Assembly: GCF_964213995.1 (NCBI RefSeq)
Contig: NW_027590140.1
Span: 248,001 to 312,000 of the forward strand
From: Mustelus asterias
Lineage: Eukaryota
DNA: 64,000 bases
Reading direction: 5' to 3'
Under the pieces are notes generated by a model. It worked only from the letters and a program-made list of their open reading frames with translations. It did no database searches and was not told the DNA's origin. Positions 38,159 to 52,579 of the stretch are shown piece after piece (positions within the stretch are counted from its first letter, which is position 1; the number at the start of each line of letters is the position of its first letter). The translations under genes and the position numbers were made by a program.

Positions 38159-39430
38159 ATGTGGAGATGCCGGCGTTGGACTGGGGTAAACACAGTAAGA
38201 AGTTTAACAACACCAGGTTAAAGTCCAACAGGTTTATTTGGTAGCAAAAGCCACACAAGCTTTCGAAGCTCTAAGCCCCTTCTTCAGGTGAGTGGGAATT
38301 CTGTTCACAAACAGAACTTATAAAGACACAGACTCAATTTACATGAATAATGGTTGGAATGCGAATACTTACAACTAATCCAGTCTTTAAGAAACAAAAC
38401 AATGGGAGTGGAGAGAGCATCAAGACAGGCTAAAAAGATGTGTATTGTCTCCAGACAAGACAGCCAGTGAAACTCTGCAGGTCCACGCAACTGTGGGAGT
38501 TACAAATAGTGTGACATGAACCCAATATCCCGGTTGAGGCCGTCCTTGTGTGTGCAGAACTTGGCTATCAGTTTCTGCTCAGCGACTCTGCGCTGTCGTG
38601 TGTCGCGAAGGCCGCCTTGGAGAACGCTTACCCGAATATCAGAGGCCGAATGCCCGTGACCGCTGAAGTGCTCCCCAACAGGAAGAGAACAGTCTTGCCT
38701 GGTGATTGTCGAGCGGTGTTCATTCATCCGTTGTCGCAGCGTCTGCATAGTTTTCATCCGTTGTCGCAGCGTCCATCCACCAGGTACACAGTACATACTC
38801 TTGCAACTCGGCCAACGTTGTCTACCTGATACGCTGCAAGAAAGGATGTCCCGAGGCATGGTACATTGGGGAACCTATGCAGACGCTGCAACAACGGATG
38901 AATGAACACCGCTCGACAATCACCAGGCAAGACTGTTCTCTTCCTGTTGGGGAGCACTTCAGCGGTCACGGGCATTCGGCCTCTGATATTCGGGTAAGCG
39001 TTCTCCAAGGCGGCCTTCGCGACACACGACAGCACAGAGTCGCTGAGCAGAAACTGATAGCCAAGTTCTGCACACACAAGGACGGCCTCAACCGGGATAT
39101 TGGGTTCATGTCACACTATGTGTAACTCCCACAGTTGCGTGGACCTGCAGAGTTTCACTGGCTGTCTTGTCTGGAGACAATACACATCTTTTTAGCCTGT
39201 CTTGATGCTCTCTCCACTCCCATTGTTTTGTTTCTTAAAGACTGGATTAGTTGTAAGTATTCGCATTCCAACCATTATTCATGTAAATTGAGTCTGTGTC
39301 TTTATAAGTTCTGTTTGTGAACAGAATTCCCACTCACCTGAAGAAGGGGCTTAGAGCTTCGAAAGCTTGTGTGGCTTTTGCTACCAAATAACCCTGTTGG
39401 ACGTTAACCTGCTGTTGTTAAACTTCTTAC
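38159..39430. mobile_element. Penelope-like element with GIY-YIG fragment and inverted pLTRs (1.27-kb near-palindrome)
   Basis: 13-bp TSD TTAATTTCACATA (38146-38158, 39431-39443); arms 38195-38753 and 38872-39430; SCNSANVVYLIRC...WYIGE...QRMNEH...PVGEHF GIY-YIG motif from 38775; hammerhead motifs at 39330-39374 (+) and 38251-38295 (-). Confidence 0.92.
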
Positions 39431-40075
39431 TTAATTTCACATATACAGCATCAACAGTATTTTGCTTTTATTTACCTGGAGAGAGTTGAGAATGTGGAAC
39501 TGATTACCAGGAGGGTCTGAGATTCCATGAGCAAGTCTCAGCTGAAAACACAATTCATTGCTGAAAGCGCAAAAGGATTCACTGGGTTACCCAAATCACT
39601 GACACAACAGGCGAATCACACGAGAGAAAGACAATTCAGATACTCCACTTGTGCAAAGCCAGTTCCTCAGTTTCCCAGGATCTAAAACACAATTTACGAA
39701 AGGTTCAAGGGATTTGATTCACAATTAACTCATTCCAAATGGAAGATGTGGTTTAAATTTTTGGTATAGGGGGCATAATTTGTTCACTTACTCCTGCAAC
39801 TGCAGTAAATTCACATCTAACTGTAAGTACAGAAACAGAAAATGCTGAATGACCTCAAAACGTTGGCTCTATTCGCTCTCCACAGATGCTGTGAGATGTG
39901 CAGAGAAGTTCCAGCATTTTCTGCTTTTGTTTCCGATTTCAGCATCTGCAATATTTTACCTTCATCTAACTGAAGGTGTTTGTTCAGCTCTTAATTACAT
40001 CCAGGATGTAACTGGTGGAGGGATTTTATGCATTCGTCCCATAGCTCAGATTATAAAAAGATCATATATCTGAAT

Positions 40076-41795
40076 GGATTTGATTTATCATTGTCACATG
40101 TATTAAAATAGTGAAAAGTATTGGTTGTTGCGCGCTATACAGACAAAGCATACTGTTCATAGAGAAGGAAACGAGAGAGTGCAGAATGTAGTGTTACAGT
40201 CATAGCGAGGGTGTAGAGAAAGATCAACTTAATGCAAGTTAAGTCCATTCAAAAGGCTGACAGTAGCAGGGAAGAAGCTGTTCTCGAGTTGGTTGGTACG
40301 TGACCTCAGACTTTGGTATCTTTTTCCCGAAGAAAGAAGGTGCAAGAGAGAATGTCGGGAGTGTGTGGGTCCTTAATAATGCTGGCTGCTTTGCCGAGGC
40401 AATGGGAAGTTAGACAGAGTCAATGGATGGGAGGCTGGTTTGCGTGATGGATTGGGCTATGTTCATGACCTTTTGTAGTTTCTTGCGGTCTTGGTCAAAG
40501 CAGGAGCCATACCAAGCTGTGATGCAACCAGAAAGAATGCTTTCTATAGTGCATCTAAAAAGTTAGTGAGAGTCGTATCTGACATGCCAAATTTCTTTAA
40601 TCTAATGAGAAAGTAGAGGCGTTGGTGGGCTTTCTTATCTATAGTTTCGGCATAGGGGGACCAGGACGGTTGTTGGTGATCTGGATAACTAAAAACTTGA
40701 AGCTCTCGATCCTTTCTACTTCGCCCCTGTTGATGTAGACAGGGGCATGTTCTCCTTTATGCTTCCTGAAGTCGATGACAATCTCCTTTGTTTTGTTCAC
40801 ATTGAGGGAGAGATTTTTGTTGCCGCACCAGTTCACCAGATTCTCTACCTCATTCCTGTACTCTGTCTCCTCATTGTTTGAAATCCGAACCACGATAGTG
40901 GTGTCATCAGCAAACTTGAAAATCGAATTGGAATGGAATTTGGCTGCACAGTCATAGGTGTTTAAGGAGTATAGTAGGGGGCTGAGAATACAATCTTGTG
41001 GGGCACTGGTGTTGAGGATGACCATGGAGGAGATGTTGCTGCCTATCCTTACTGATTGTGGTCTGTGAGTTAGGAAGTGAGCCACGGAATTTGGAGATGA
41101 ATTTCGTGGGAATAATAGTATTGAAGGTTAATCTGTAGTCAATAAATAGGAGTCTGACATAGGTGTCCTGGTTGTCGAGGTGTTCCAGGGTTGAGTGCAG
41201 GGCCAGAGAAATGGTGTCTGCTGTGGACCTGTTGTGGCGGTAGGTAAACTGTAGTGGATCCAGGCAGTCCGGGAGGCTGGAATTGATTCGTGCCGTGACT
41301 AACCTTTCGAAGGACTTCATAATGATGGATGTCAGAGCCACTGGCTGATAGTCATAAAGGCACGCTGCTTGGTTGTTCTTAGGTACCAGGATAATGGTTG
41401 CCTTCTTGAAGTAGATAGGGACCTCAGATTGTTGTAAAGAGAGGTTGAAGATGTCTGTGAATACCTCCGCCAGCTGATCCGTGCAGGATCTGAGTGCATG
41501 TCCGGGTACCCATCTGGACCAGTCGCTTTCTGTGGGTTGACCTTCTGGAAAGCTGCTCTGACATCTGCAACTGTGACCCCAGATACAGGTTCATCCAGGG
41601 CTTCCAGGGTGGAGGGCATGCTCTCGCTGACCTCTTGCTCAAAACAGGCATAGAATGCATTGAGCTCATCAGGGAAGGATGCGTTGGAGCTGGCGATTTC
41701 ACATACCTTCATCTTGTATCCTGTTATGTCTTGCAGACCTTGCCATAGACGGCAGAAGTCTGTGTGGCGAGCCTGGGACTCTAGCTTGGTCCGGA
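40076..41795 (-). mobile_element. Rex1/Babar-like LINE, RT region and 3' end
   Basis: KATGPDG, ALTSIIMKSFERLV, LDPLQFTYRHNRSTADTI, VRLLFIDY, APQDCILSPLLYSL, FADDTTIV. Confidence 0.88.
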
Positions 41796-42578
41796 GAAGT
41801 GTGAGGTAATTCACTTTGGTAGGAATAACAGATGTGTTGAGTATAGGGCTAACGGGAGGACTTTGAATAGTGTGGAGGAGCAGAGGGATCTAGGTGTATG
41901 TGTGCATAGATCCCTGAAAGTTGGGAATCAAGTAGATAAGGTTGTTAAGAAGGCATATGGTGTCTTGGCGTTTATTGGTAGGGGGATTGAATTTAGGAGT
42001 CGTAGCGTTATGTTGCAACTGTACACAACTCTGGTGCGGCCGCACTTGGAGTACTGTGTGCAGTTCTGGTCCCCACATTACAGGAAGGATGTGGAGGCTT
42101 TGGAGAGGGTGCAGAGGAGGTTTACCAGGATGTTGCCTGGTATGGAGGGGAGATCCTATGAGGAGAGGCTGAGGGATTTGGGATTGTTTTCGCTGGAAAG
42201 GCGGCGGCTAAGAGGGGATCTTATTGAAACATATAAGATGATTAGAGGTTTAGATAGGGTGGATAGTGATAGCCTTTTTCCTCTGATGGAGAAATCCAGC
42301 ACGAGGGGGCATGGCTTTAAATTGAGGGGGGGTAGTTATAGAACCGATGTCAGGGGTAGGTTCTTTACCCAGAGGGTGGTGAGGGATTGGAATGCCCTGC
42401 CAGCATCAGTAGTAAATGCGCCTAGTTTGGGGGCGTTTAAGAGATCCGTAGATAGGTTCATGGACGAAAAGAAATTGGTTTAGGTTGGAGGGTCACAGTT
42501 TTTTTTTAACTGGTCGGTGCAACATCGTGGGCCGAAGGGCCTGTTCTGCGCTGTAATGTTCTATGTTCTATGTTCTAT
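41796..42578 (+). mobile_element. Young 5'-truncated CR1
   Basis: Uninterrupted ORF 41863-42483; (GTTCTAT)3 tail. Confidence 0.9.
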
Positions 42579-42749
42579 CTTTTTGCATGTTTGATGGATC
42601 TCCTTAGACATTACACACATCATTGCGGCGATATAGTGGCACAGTGGTGAGTCCCTGTGGCTTCTCCCCATTGGCTAAACTCAAGAAACTGTTTGTCGAC
42701 CGAATCAGGCTTGAATGTTGAATGATTCTTCTGAGTTCATTCCCACCCA

Positions 42750-43805
42750 CACACTGGGTACATTACCACTTCATCCTTGGGAGTGGCCTGATAGGCCGTT
42801 GGGGGACCTTTCATGAATCACATGTGTTTGGTTGTTGTAGATGTGCATTCAAAATGGTTGGAAGCACAGATCATGAGTAATATTCCAGCTCCTGTGACAA
42901 CAGAGAAGCTCTGTCAAATTTTCACAAGCCCTGGGTTACCAGATTGGTTTGTTTCCGATAACGACACTCTGTTTACAAGTGAGGTGTTTCAGGAATTCCT
43001 GTAAAGGAATGGTCTACGCCATGTGCGTACTGCACCGTTTCATCTGGCTACAAATGGTCTCACAGAAAGAGCTGTTCGAACTCTGAAGGAGGGATTGAAG
43101 AGAATGGCAGGCGATACTTTAAGAACAAGCTCTCAAGATTTTTGTTCCAGTTTCGCATCACACCACAATCCACAACCGGACTCTCTCCTGTGGAATTTTT
43201 AGGTGGAAGGTTGAAATCTCATCTGGATCTGCTTCATCCAGATCTCAGAGCAAAAGTGAGCAGGAGACAAGAGAAGCAGAAGGAGGGACACGACTACCGC
43301 GCCAAAGAGAGGCAGTTCAAACTGGGTGATCAGGTTTACATCAGAAACTTTGGGAGTAACCAAGGGTGGTTACCGGGAATAATTTTAAACCAAAGTGGTC
43401 CAGTATCTTGGGTGGTGAGACTGTAAAATGGAAGAGTTGTTCGCAGACACCAAGACCATATTCGCTTGCGGTGTGACCCCGAGTCAGGAACAGTTTCAGA
43501 GTCAGCAACCATTACTGAGAACATGGCAGAGGGTCATGCTGCTGTGGATGTTCACCAGGAAATGGTTGCAGCTTTGCCAGTTGACTCTGCTGTGGGAGTG
43601 GAAGAGGAATGTTCATGTACAGATTCTCAAACTACCTCTTCACCTCCCATTCCAGAAACACCATTACAAGATTTACCAGTGGTATTGTACAGGTCGCAAT
43701 GCAACCACAAAGCTCCTGACAGACTTCCGTATTGTTAAAGACATTACTTTGTTGTATTTCTGTCCTGATGGGGGATTGAAATTTAACGGGAGGAGAAGTG
43801 TTACA
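42750..43805 (+). mobile_element. Gypsy LTR retrotransposon integrase remnant with PPT and start of 3' LTR
   Basis: PLHPWEWP, LVVVDVHSKWLE, VSDNDTLFTS, NGLTERAVRTLK, RITPQSTTGLSP, WLPGII; PPT GGGAGGAGAAG (43788-43798) followed by TGTTAC at 43799. Confidence 0.82.
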
Positions 43806-45409
43806 GAGTGTTCTTCTCAACTTTTCTCCCTTTTGAGCACGTGCGGGGTTTCAGTCTGCAAGTCCAGGCTGGTTCCAATGCTCCTGTTTTTTTTTAACTT
43901 TCTTATTTATTTATATAAAGAACACTATTACTCGGCTATTAATCTAAACACATTCCAAGCATCCCAGTTTAATAAGATAAACAAGAACAGGAGTCAATCT
44001 TAATTAATGCACCAATTTCTTTCTTTATTTAACACTTCAGTTACCAACTCAAACTTCAACAGTTGCAATTCATTAATTATTTTACTGAACTACAGCTTCT
44101 TCCCAGCTGCCACCAGACTTTTGAATGGACCTACCTTCTATTAAGTTGATCTTTCTCTACACCCGAGCTATGACTGTAACACTATATTCTGCATCCTCTC
44201 CTCTCTATGAATGGTATGCTCTGTCTGTATAGCGCGCAAGGAACAATACTTTTCACTGTATGCTAATACATGTGACAATAATAAATCAAATACGATAGCT
44301 CTTAACTAAACATCAACTTTACTGAACTTTAACTCTTAACTAATCATTAACTTTAATTATTTAAATGAATATCCCTGATGCAGAATCTATCTTCTCTCTG
44401 AAGATTCCTTCAGTGCGTACCTCTTACAATGTTAACCTCTATTGTCCCTGACAAACAAAGGACTGCAATGTTCTTTATCTACAAATGCTTCACTTGCTTC
44501 TTAAGATTCCCTGTCATCCAGCCAACTGTGTAAACAGAAACCAATCACATGGTTCAAATAGCCAATGAAATTACTCGTAAACAATGCCATTATGCTTACT
44601 TCAGATGACATGTCTCTCACATAACGACAATAAAATTCGATGCCAACCATACTTCTCAAAAGTAAGCAACTTCTCTCATTTAGTCAACACAGGAAGCTCC
44701 GGCCACAGTTTCCAGATCAGAATTCTGACTCCGAGTTACTGTATGACCTGCATTTGGTTTTAATTATAAATTGACCAAAAATCCCAGCGTGTTTACCTCT
44801 CAGCCAGAGAAGCCATTTGGAAGCCACTGTTGTCATTCCTATTGTTGGAATCATTGTAGAAGCCATTCTTTCTCCATCTACACTGGGAAAATCATCAGTT
44901 TACCCATTCCCAGTTGCAAACACAGGACACATCTGCTGTCCTTGTTCCTCTTATCTGTCCTTGCCGAGCAATCTTCACAGCCGCAGCTGTTTCATGCCGA
45001 GTACATCTTATCACACACTGCTTACTCAACAGCTGCTTCAGCAACTACAGCTGTTTTCACACTCACTGTGCTTGCGTAAGATTGGCTACTTTTCCCATCA
45101 TGCCTTCTGGATGTTCAGCAGTTAGCCATCAGGCTACGTTCTGCATCTATTTTAAATCCAGCTGTATTGGTAAGAAAAGCACTATTTAATATCCAGGAAA
45201 AGATTAATGTCCTTCATCAGCTTTTGTGCATCAATTTTCAATGGAAATGTGCTCTCCCAGGCTCAAAGAACACCAGCCCACTAGAAGCAAAGTTGTGAGA
45301 GCGGCCAGTCCAGCAGAAATGAACCCTCCGACCCTCCCACTTCACGAATTGTCAGAATGAACATGGTTCAGTCCTGGATGTGATTAACAGCAGAACTCAA
45401 CCCCTGTCA

Positions 45410-46270
<861 letters not shown>

Positions 46271-46424
46271 TAAAAAATTTGAGAAAAGTCATTGTCAGCA
46301 CAGGATAGAAATCCAGAACAGACAATTCTAGTTTCGATGGAACATTCTTTCCTCCCTCATTCCCCAAAAGCTGTGAATCTCCATCCCACACATTCTCCCT
46401 CCATTCTCACTCTGCTGTATCTAA

Positions 46425-49400
46425 TTGGCACAGACAGGCGATTCTGTGGGTGCGAACGGGACTCCAGGATGGTAGTCTGCCTACCTGGTGCTGGGGTCAT
46501 GGATGTCTCCGAGCGGATAGGAGGCATATTAAAAGGGGAAGATAAAGAAACGGATGTCATTGTACAACATTGGTGCAAATGACGTAGATAGGAAGAGCAG
46601 GGGGATCCGACGAGAGCAATTCAGGGAGTTGGGAAATAGGCTAAAAAGTACGGCCTCCAGGGTGGCCATCTCTGGGCTGCTCCCAATGCCTCGTGCCAGT
46701 GAGGCTAAGAATAGGGAGTTAGTACAATTGAACGCTTGGCTAAAGGACTGGTCCAGGAGGGAGGGCCTCATTTTCCTAGATCAATAGGAAGTTTTCAGGA
46801 GAGGATGGCACCTGTACAAGTAGGACGGGTCACAACTAAGTTGGAAGGGCACGAATATCCTGGCTGGGAGTTTTGCTAGTGCAGTTCGGGGGCGTTTAAA
46901 CTAGAATGGCAGGGGGGTGGGGATCAAAATATTAGGTCTACAAGTGTAGAGGCTGGGAACGAGCTTGGGGCTGGGACAAGGCTGGCAAAGAAGAAGAGCA
47001 CTCTGGGGGAGGATGATCTCACTGGGCCTGGAGGTCTGGAGTGCTTATACTTCAATGCAGGGCGCGTAGCAGGTAAGACAGACGAACTTAAGGCCTTAAT
47101 GCTCACGAGGAATTTGGATGTGGTTGCGGTGACAGAGACTTGGTTGAAAGAGGGACAGGACTGGCAGCTGAATATTTCGGGGTACAAGTGTTTTAGGCGA
47201 GACAGAGGAGGGGCCAAAAGAGGTGGGGGAGTAGCAGTATTAGTTGGAGAGCATATTACAGCGGTGCAGAGGGAGAACAATTCAGAGGGGTCGTGTAACG
47301 AATCACTCTGGGTGGAGCTTAGAAACAGGAAGGGCGCAGTCACTATGTTGGGGGTGTACTACAGGCCCCCCAACAGCCCAAGGGAAGTGGAAGTACGGAT
47401 ATGTCAGGAGATACTGGATAGGTGCAGGAAAAATAGGGTTGTTGTAGTGGGAGACTCCAATTTCCCTGGTGTAGACTGGAAATCGCTGAGAGCAGGGACT
47501 CTGAATGGGGAGGAATTTGTAAAATGCGTACAGGAGGGTTCTTTGGAACAATATGTAGATAGCCCGACTAGAGAGGGGGCTATACTGGACCTCGTACTGG
47601 GGAATGAGCCCGGTCAGGTCTTCAAAGTTTCGGTAGAGGAACATGTGGCAAATAGTGACCACAATTCTGTTAGCTTTAGGATAGTGATGGAAAAGGATGA
47701 GTGGTGTCCCAAGGCTAAGGTGTTGGATTGGGGGAAGGCTAACTTTAGTGGGATTAGGCAGAAATTGGCAGCTCTTGATTGGGAGAGGCTGTTTGAGGGT
47801 AAATCCACATCTGGCATGTGGGAGTCTTTTAAGGAACAGTTGTTAGGGCTACAGGACAGGCATGTGCCTGTAAAAAAGAAGGATAGAAAGGGTAGGATTC
47901 GAGAACCGTGGATAACCAGGGAAATTGAGGGACTGGTCAAAAAGAAAAGAGAGGCGTATGTTAGGTCCAGGCAGCTAAAAACGGAGGGAGCTCTGGAGGA
48001 GTACAAAGAAAGTAGGAAAGAACTCAAACGGGGAATTAGAAGAGCAAAAAGGGGTCACGAAATGTTCTTGGCAGACAGGATTAAGGAGAATCCCAAGGCA
48101 TTTTATTCATACGTTAGGAACAAAAGGGTTGTCAGGGAAAAAATCGGACCTCTCAGGGACAAAAGTGGGGAATTATGCTTGGAGCCCAAAGAAGTAGGGG
48201 AGATCCTAAATGAATACTTTGCGTCGGTATTCACAAAGGAGGGGGATGTGTTGACTGGGAGTGTCTCGGAGGGGAGTGTTGAACCGTTGGAGAAAATCTC
48301 CATTACAAAGGAGGAAGTGTTAGGTTTGTTAGAGAATATAAAGACAGACAAATCCCAAGGGCCTGATGGAATCTATCCAAGGCTGCTCAGGGAGACGAGA
48401 GATGAAATCGCTGGGCCTCTGACACAAATCTTTGTCTCGTCACTCGACGCAGGTGAGGTCCCAGAAGATTGGAGGATAGCTAATGTGGTCCCGTTATTTA
48501 AGAAGGGTAGGAAGGATAGCCCAGGTAATTATAGGCCGGTGAGCTTGACGTCCGTGGTGGGGAGGTTGTTGGAGAAGATTCTTAGAGATAGGATGTATGC
48601 GCATTTAGAAAGGAATAAACTCATTAACGATAGTCAGCATGGTTTTGTGAGAGGGAGGTCATGCCTCACTAACATGGTGGAGTTTTTTGAAGAAATGACC
48701 AGAATGGTTGACGAGGGAAGGGCCGTGGATGTCGTCTATATGGACTTTAGTAAAGCGTTTGACAAAGTCCCTCATGGTAGGCTGGTGAAAAAGGTTAGAT
48801 CTCATGGGATAAAGGGGGAGGTGGCTAGATGGGTGGAGAACTGGCTTGGTCACAGAAGACAGAGGGTGGTAGTGGAAGGGTCTTTTTCCGGCTGGAGGCC
48901 CGTGACTAGTGGTGTTCCGCAGGGCTCTGTATTGGGACCTCTGCTGTTTGTAATTTATATAAATGATCTGGAAGAAGGTGTAACTGGGGTGATCAGTAAG
49001 TTTGCGGACGACACAAAATTGGCAGGACTTGCAGATAGTGAGGAGCATTGTCAGAAGCTACAGAAGGATATAGATAGGCTGGAAATTTGGGCAAAGAATT
49101 GGCAGATGGAGTTCAATCCTGATAAATGCGAAGTGATGCATTTTGGTAGAAATAATGTTGGGAGGAGCTATACGATAAATGGCAGAACCCATAAAGGGTG
49201 TCGATACGCAGAGGGACCTGGGTGTGCAAATCCACAGATCCTTGAAGGTGACGTCACAGGTGGAGAAGGTGGTGAAGAAGGCATATGGCATGCTTGCCTT
49301 TATAGGACGGGGCATAGAGTATAAAAGTTGGGGTCTGATGTTGCAGATGTATAGAACGTTGGTTCGGCCACATTTGGAACACTGCGTCCAGTTCTGGTCG

Positions 49401-49908
49401 CCACACTACCAGAAGGACGTGGAGGCTTTGGAGAGAGTACAGAGGAGGTTTACCAGGATGTTGCCTGGTATGGAGGGGCTTAGTTATGAGGAGAGATTGG
49501 GTAAACTGGGGTTGTTCTCCCTGGAAAGACGGAGGATGAGGGGAGACTTAATAGAGGTATATAAAATTATGAAAGGCATAGATAGGGTGAACGGTGGGAA
49601 GCTTTTCCCCAGGTCGGTGGTGACGTTCACGAGGGGTCATAGGTTCAAGGTGAAGGGGGGGAGGTTTAACACAGATATCAGAAGGACATATTTTACACAG
49701 AGGGTGGTGGGGGCCTGGAATGCGCTGCCAGGCAAGGTGGTGGAGGCCGACACACTGGGAACGTTTAAGACTTATCTCGACAGCCATATGAACGGAGTGG
49801 GAATGGAGGGATACAAAAGAATGGTCTCGTTTGGACCAGGGAGCGGCACGGGCTTGGAGGGCCGAAGGGCCTGTTCCTGTGCTGTATTGTTCTTTGTTAT
49901 TTGTTCTT
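46425..49908 (+). mobile_element. Near-intact CR1 LINE (esterase ORF1 remnant plus ORF2 with a single frameshift near 49190)
   Basis: VVCLPGAGVMDV...IGAND esterase; ORF 47099-49324 (741 aa, endonuclease plus RT) continuing in ORF 49179-49982; (TTCTTTG)n tail. Confidence 0.95.
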
Positions 49909-49909
49909 T

Positions 49910-50645
49910 AAGTGCATTCACCCTATCCATGCTTCTCATGACCTTACACACCTCTATAAGATCACGCCACGCTACAAAGTAAAAGGTCCTAGCCTGTCCA
50001 ATCTCTCCCTGCAACTCAGTCTCTTGATTCCTGCCAACATCCTTGTGAATCTCTTCTGCACCCTTTCCAGTTTAATATCATATTTGCTACAGCAAGGCGA
50101 CGAAAACTGAGCACCATACGGTGCGGCCTCAGTAACGTCCGTAAAACTGCAACATGACATTCCAACGTCTATACTCAGTGCCCTGACTGATGAAGGCCAG
50201 CATGGCAAATGCCTTCTTCACTGTCCCATGTACCTGTGACTCCACTTTTTGAGAACCGTGCACTTGAACTCCAAGCTCCCTCTATTTCACGATACTCCCT
50301 AAGTTACTACAATTCATCGTGAAAATCCAACCTTGATTTGACTTTGCAAAATGCTACACCTCACACTTATCATAGAAAGAAAGAAGAAATCACTTATCTG
50401 TATGAACTATTTGCCATTTCTCGGCCCACTTCCCCAGCTGATCAAGAACCTGTTGCAATGTTTGATAATCTTCCACGCTGTCTACAATACCACCGATTTT
50501 AGTGTCATCTGCAAACTTACTGCTCATGCCTTGTACAATCTCATCCAAATCGTTGATTTAGATAACAAACAGCAATGGGCCCAGCACTGACCCCTGAAGC
50601 ACACCACCAGTCACAGGCCTCCAGTTCGACAAGCTTCCGACCACC
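49910..50645 (-). mobile_element. Degenerate CR1 RT fragment
   Basis: NWRPVTGGVLQGSVLGPLLFVI; KLERVQKRFTRMLAG. Confidence 0.8.
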
Positions 50646-52579
50646 ATTCGCTTGCTCGTTTCCTCTCTCTCTCTCTTAGTCTCTCCATCCCCATCTTTCT
50701 GATGAGATCTCCACCTCAGCCTCTCTCTTTCTACTCCCTGTATCAATATTTGCGTCCACGGACCTGCATTTAATTCTCACTGCCTTTAGCTCCCTTTTGA
50801 TCTCTGTCATTCTCTCTCCTTCCATTTACTTCTACTTTTCTTCCTCCCTCCATATTGTGTTCAGAAGCTCATTCATTAGAAAATTGTCTTTCACGCGGGC
50901 TAATGCTTTCTTTCCAATTACAATTACACAGACGGAAACAGTCGTTATGTGATTCTGCTGCTGCCAGTGTAAAAGGTTCAGAGTTCACAAACTGATCTCT
51001 TATAACACGGGATATATTACAATCCAGTGATAGTTTCTGTACGGGGCCTGTATCAGTTTGAATCACTGTGAATGTTCAGCGCACTATAATGCATCCCACT
51101 GTCACTCAGCTGTACATCTGTCAGTGTTAAACTGAAGAAACGATCCAACATTCGGAGTGCTGAAGAGATACGTTCTCCCACACGCTCCGCTTTCTCTGCT
51201 TCTCCCTCCGAATTCCTTTTGATTAAAAATGCCGGCTTCTCCCCCGGATTTTGTCGTTACCAGACCAGATCATAGCGGCGGCCGCCTGTGGAGTATGAAC
51301 AGGGCAACACCATGCGTTCTCCGTCCAAACATGATACTGACGGTGCAGTTTGCTTAACAGTATTAGAATAACACAATCCTTCAAATAATCAATAAACAGA
51401 GAATGAACGTATGCTTTGATATTGGGACCATCAGTAAACATTCATTCACCTCCCTCATCATAAGATCTTTGAATGATTCAGCAAAGACCGCATATCGGGC
51501 ATGTGTTGACAGATGACAGATTTATCATTTCATCGAATCCGCTGCTCTTTCTGCATAGCCCAGAATATGTTTTCCTTCAAATATTCATCCAGTTTCCTCT
51601 AAACAGTTACCAAGAAATCTGCTTGGACCAGCATTTCAAGCATGATTAACCCTTTGTAAGAACAACATGCTTCCTTTAATTCATTTTCTAATTACCTGAG
51701 AACAGCCCGAGCTGGTGACCGAACTTTCTATCGCTTGAACAAATGTAAATTACTCGATCAAAACACTTTCTGAATATCGGTATGATCACAGAAGTCATTC
51801 TAACAAAATCTCCCCTCCCCCTGCCCAGGGCCTTGCCATCATTCGGGACGTGGTACCCGCAAATCAACACAAAACTTCAACACAAATCTGATTATCAATA
51901 TTTAAATATTTGAGTTAGTTTCCTTGAACATGTCCATTATTTCTATTAAGAGAAGGACGAATGGGAAATATGTCTTCAAACTTTGCAAATTGCTCTGACA
52001 TTTTCATAGTTTTGAATACATACAGCCTAATGTTTCTTTCTCTTCAATGCCCCCTTTTGAACTACAATAATCTGTTCTAAACCGCTCTGATGAACGTGAA
52101 TGTTCAATCAAAACGTGCATCCGTCCACCCTCTATTATTCCCTTGAACGCCAACCTGTCTACTTCCTTTTTTAACGTCCAATCCTACATCAATATTATTT
52201 TGCAGATCTGCATTCCAATGCGAGCTAAACGACTCACGAGCTTCAGAAAAAGAATCAGAAAGCTCTGAAATCCTGTGACAGTTTTCTTCCGGGGGAGTTG
52301 GATTCCCAAGGGTTTTCAATTTTTCTAAAAGGCGATCTATAATCGAAGTAGGGAATTCACTGACGATTCGGCTGATTGAAGGGTAATATGTCTGTGCAGA
52401 GCTTGTCGATGTGATCCTATCCGCCGCTATTTTACTCTCGGTAATACGGAGTGCAGACTGAGTATGTTGCTCTGAATCAAACAGAAATAAAATGATCTGA
52501 ATGGCCCGCCCGTGCAGCTGCCCTTCCACTCGAGATAATGGAGGTGGTTCTGAAGTTGCGCACTGAGATTCCAACTTAA

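Noticed and set aside
39565-39680. Third zinc-finger gene
   Set aside because: Only a highly decayed finger-like remnant (AKGFTG...HTRERQFRYSTCAK) lacking the zinc ligands
44770-45190. Overlapping ~100-aa ORFs as a gene or gag fragment
   Set aside because: No recognisable domain on either strand; cannot be supported without a search
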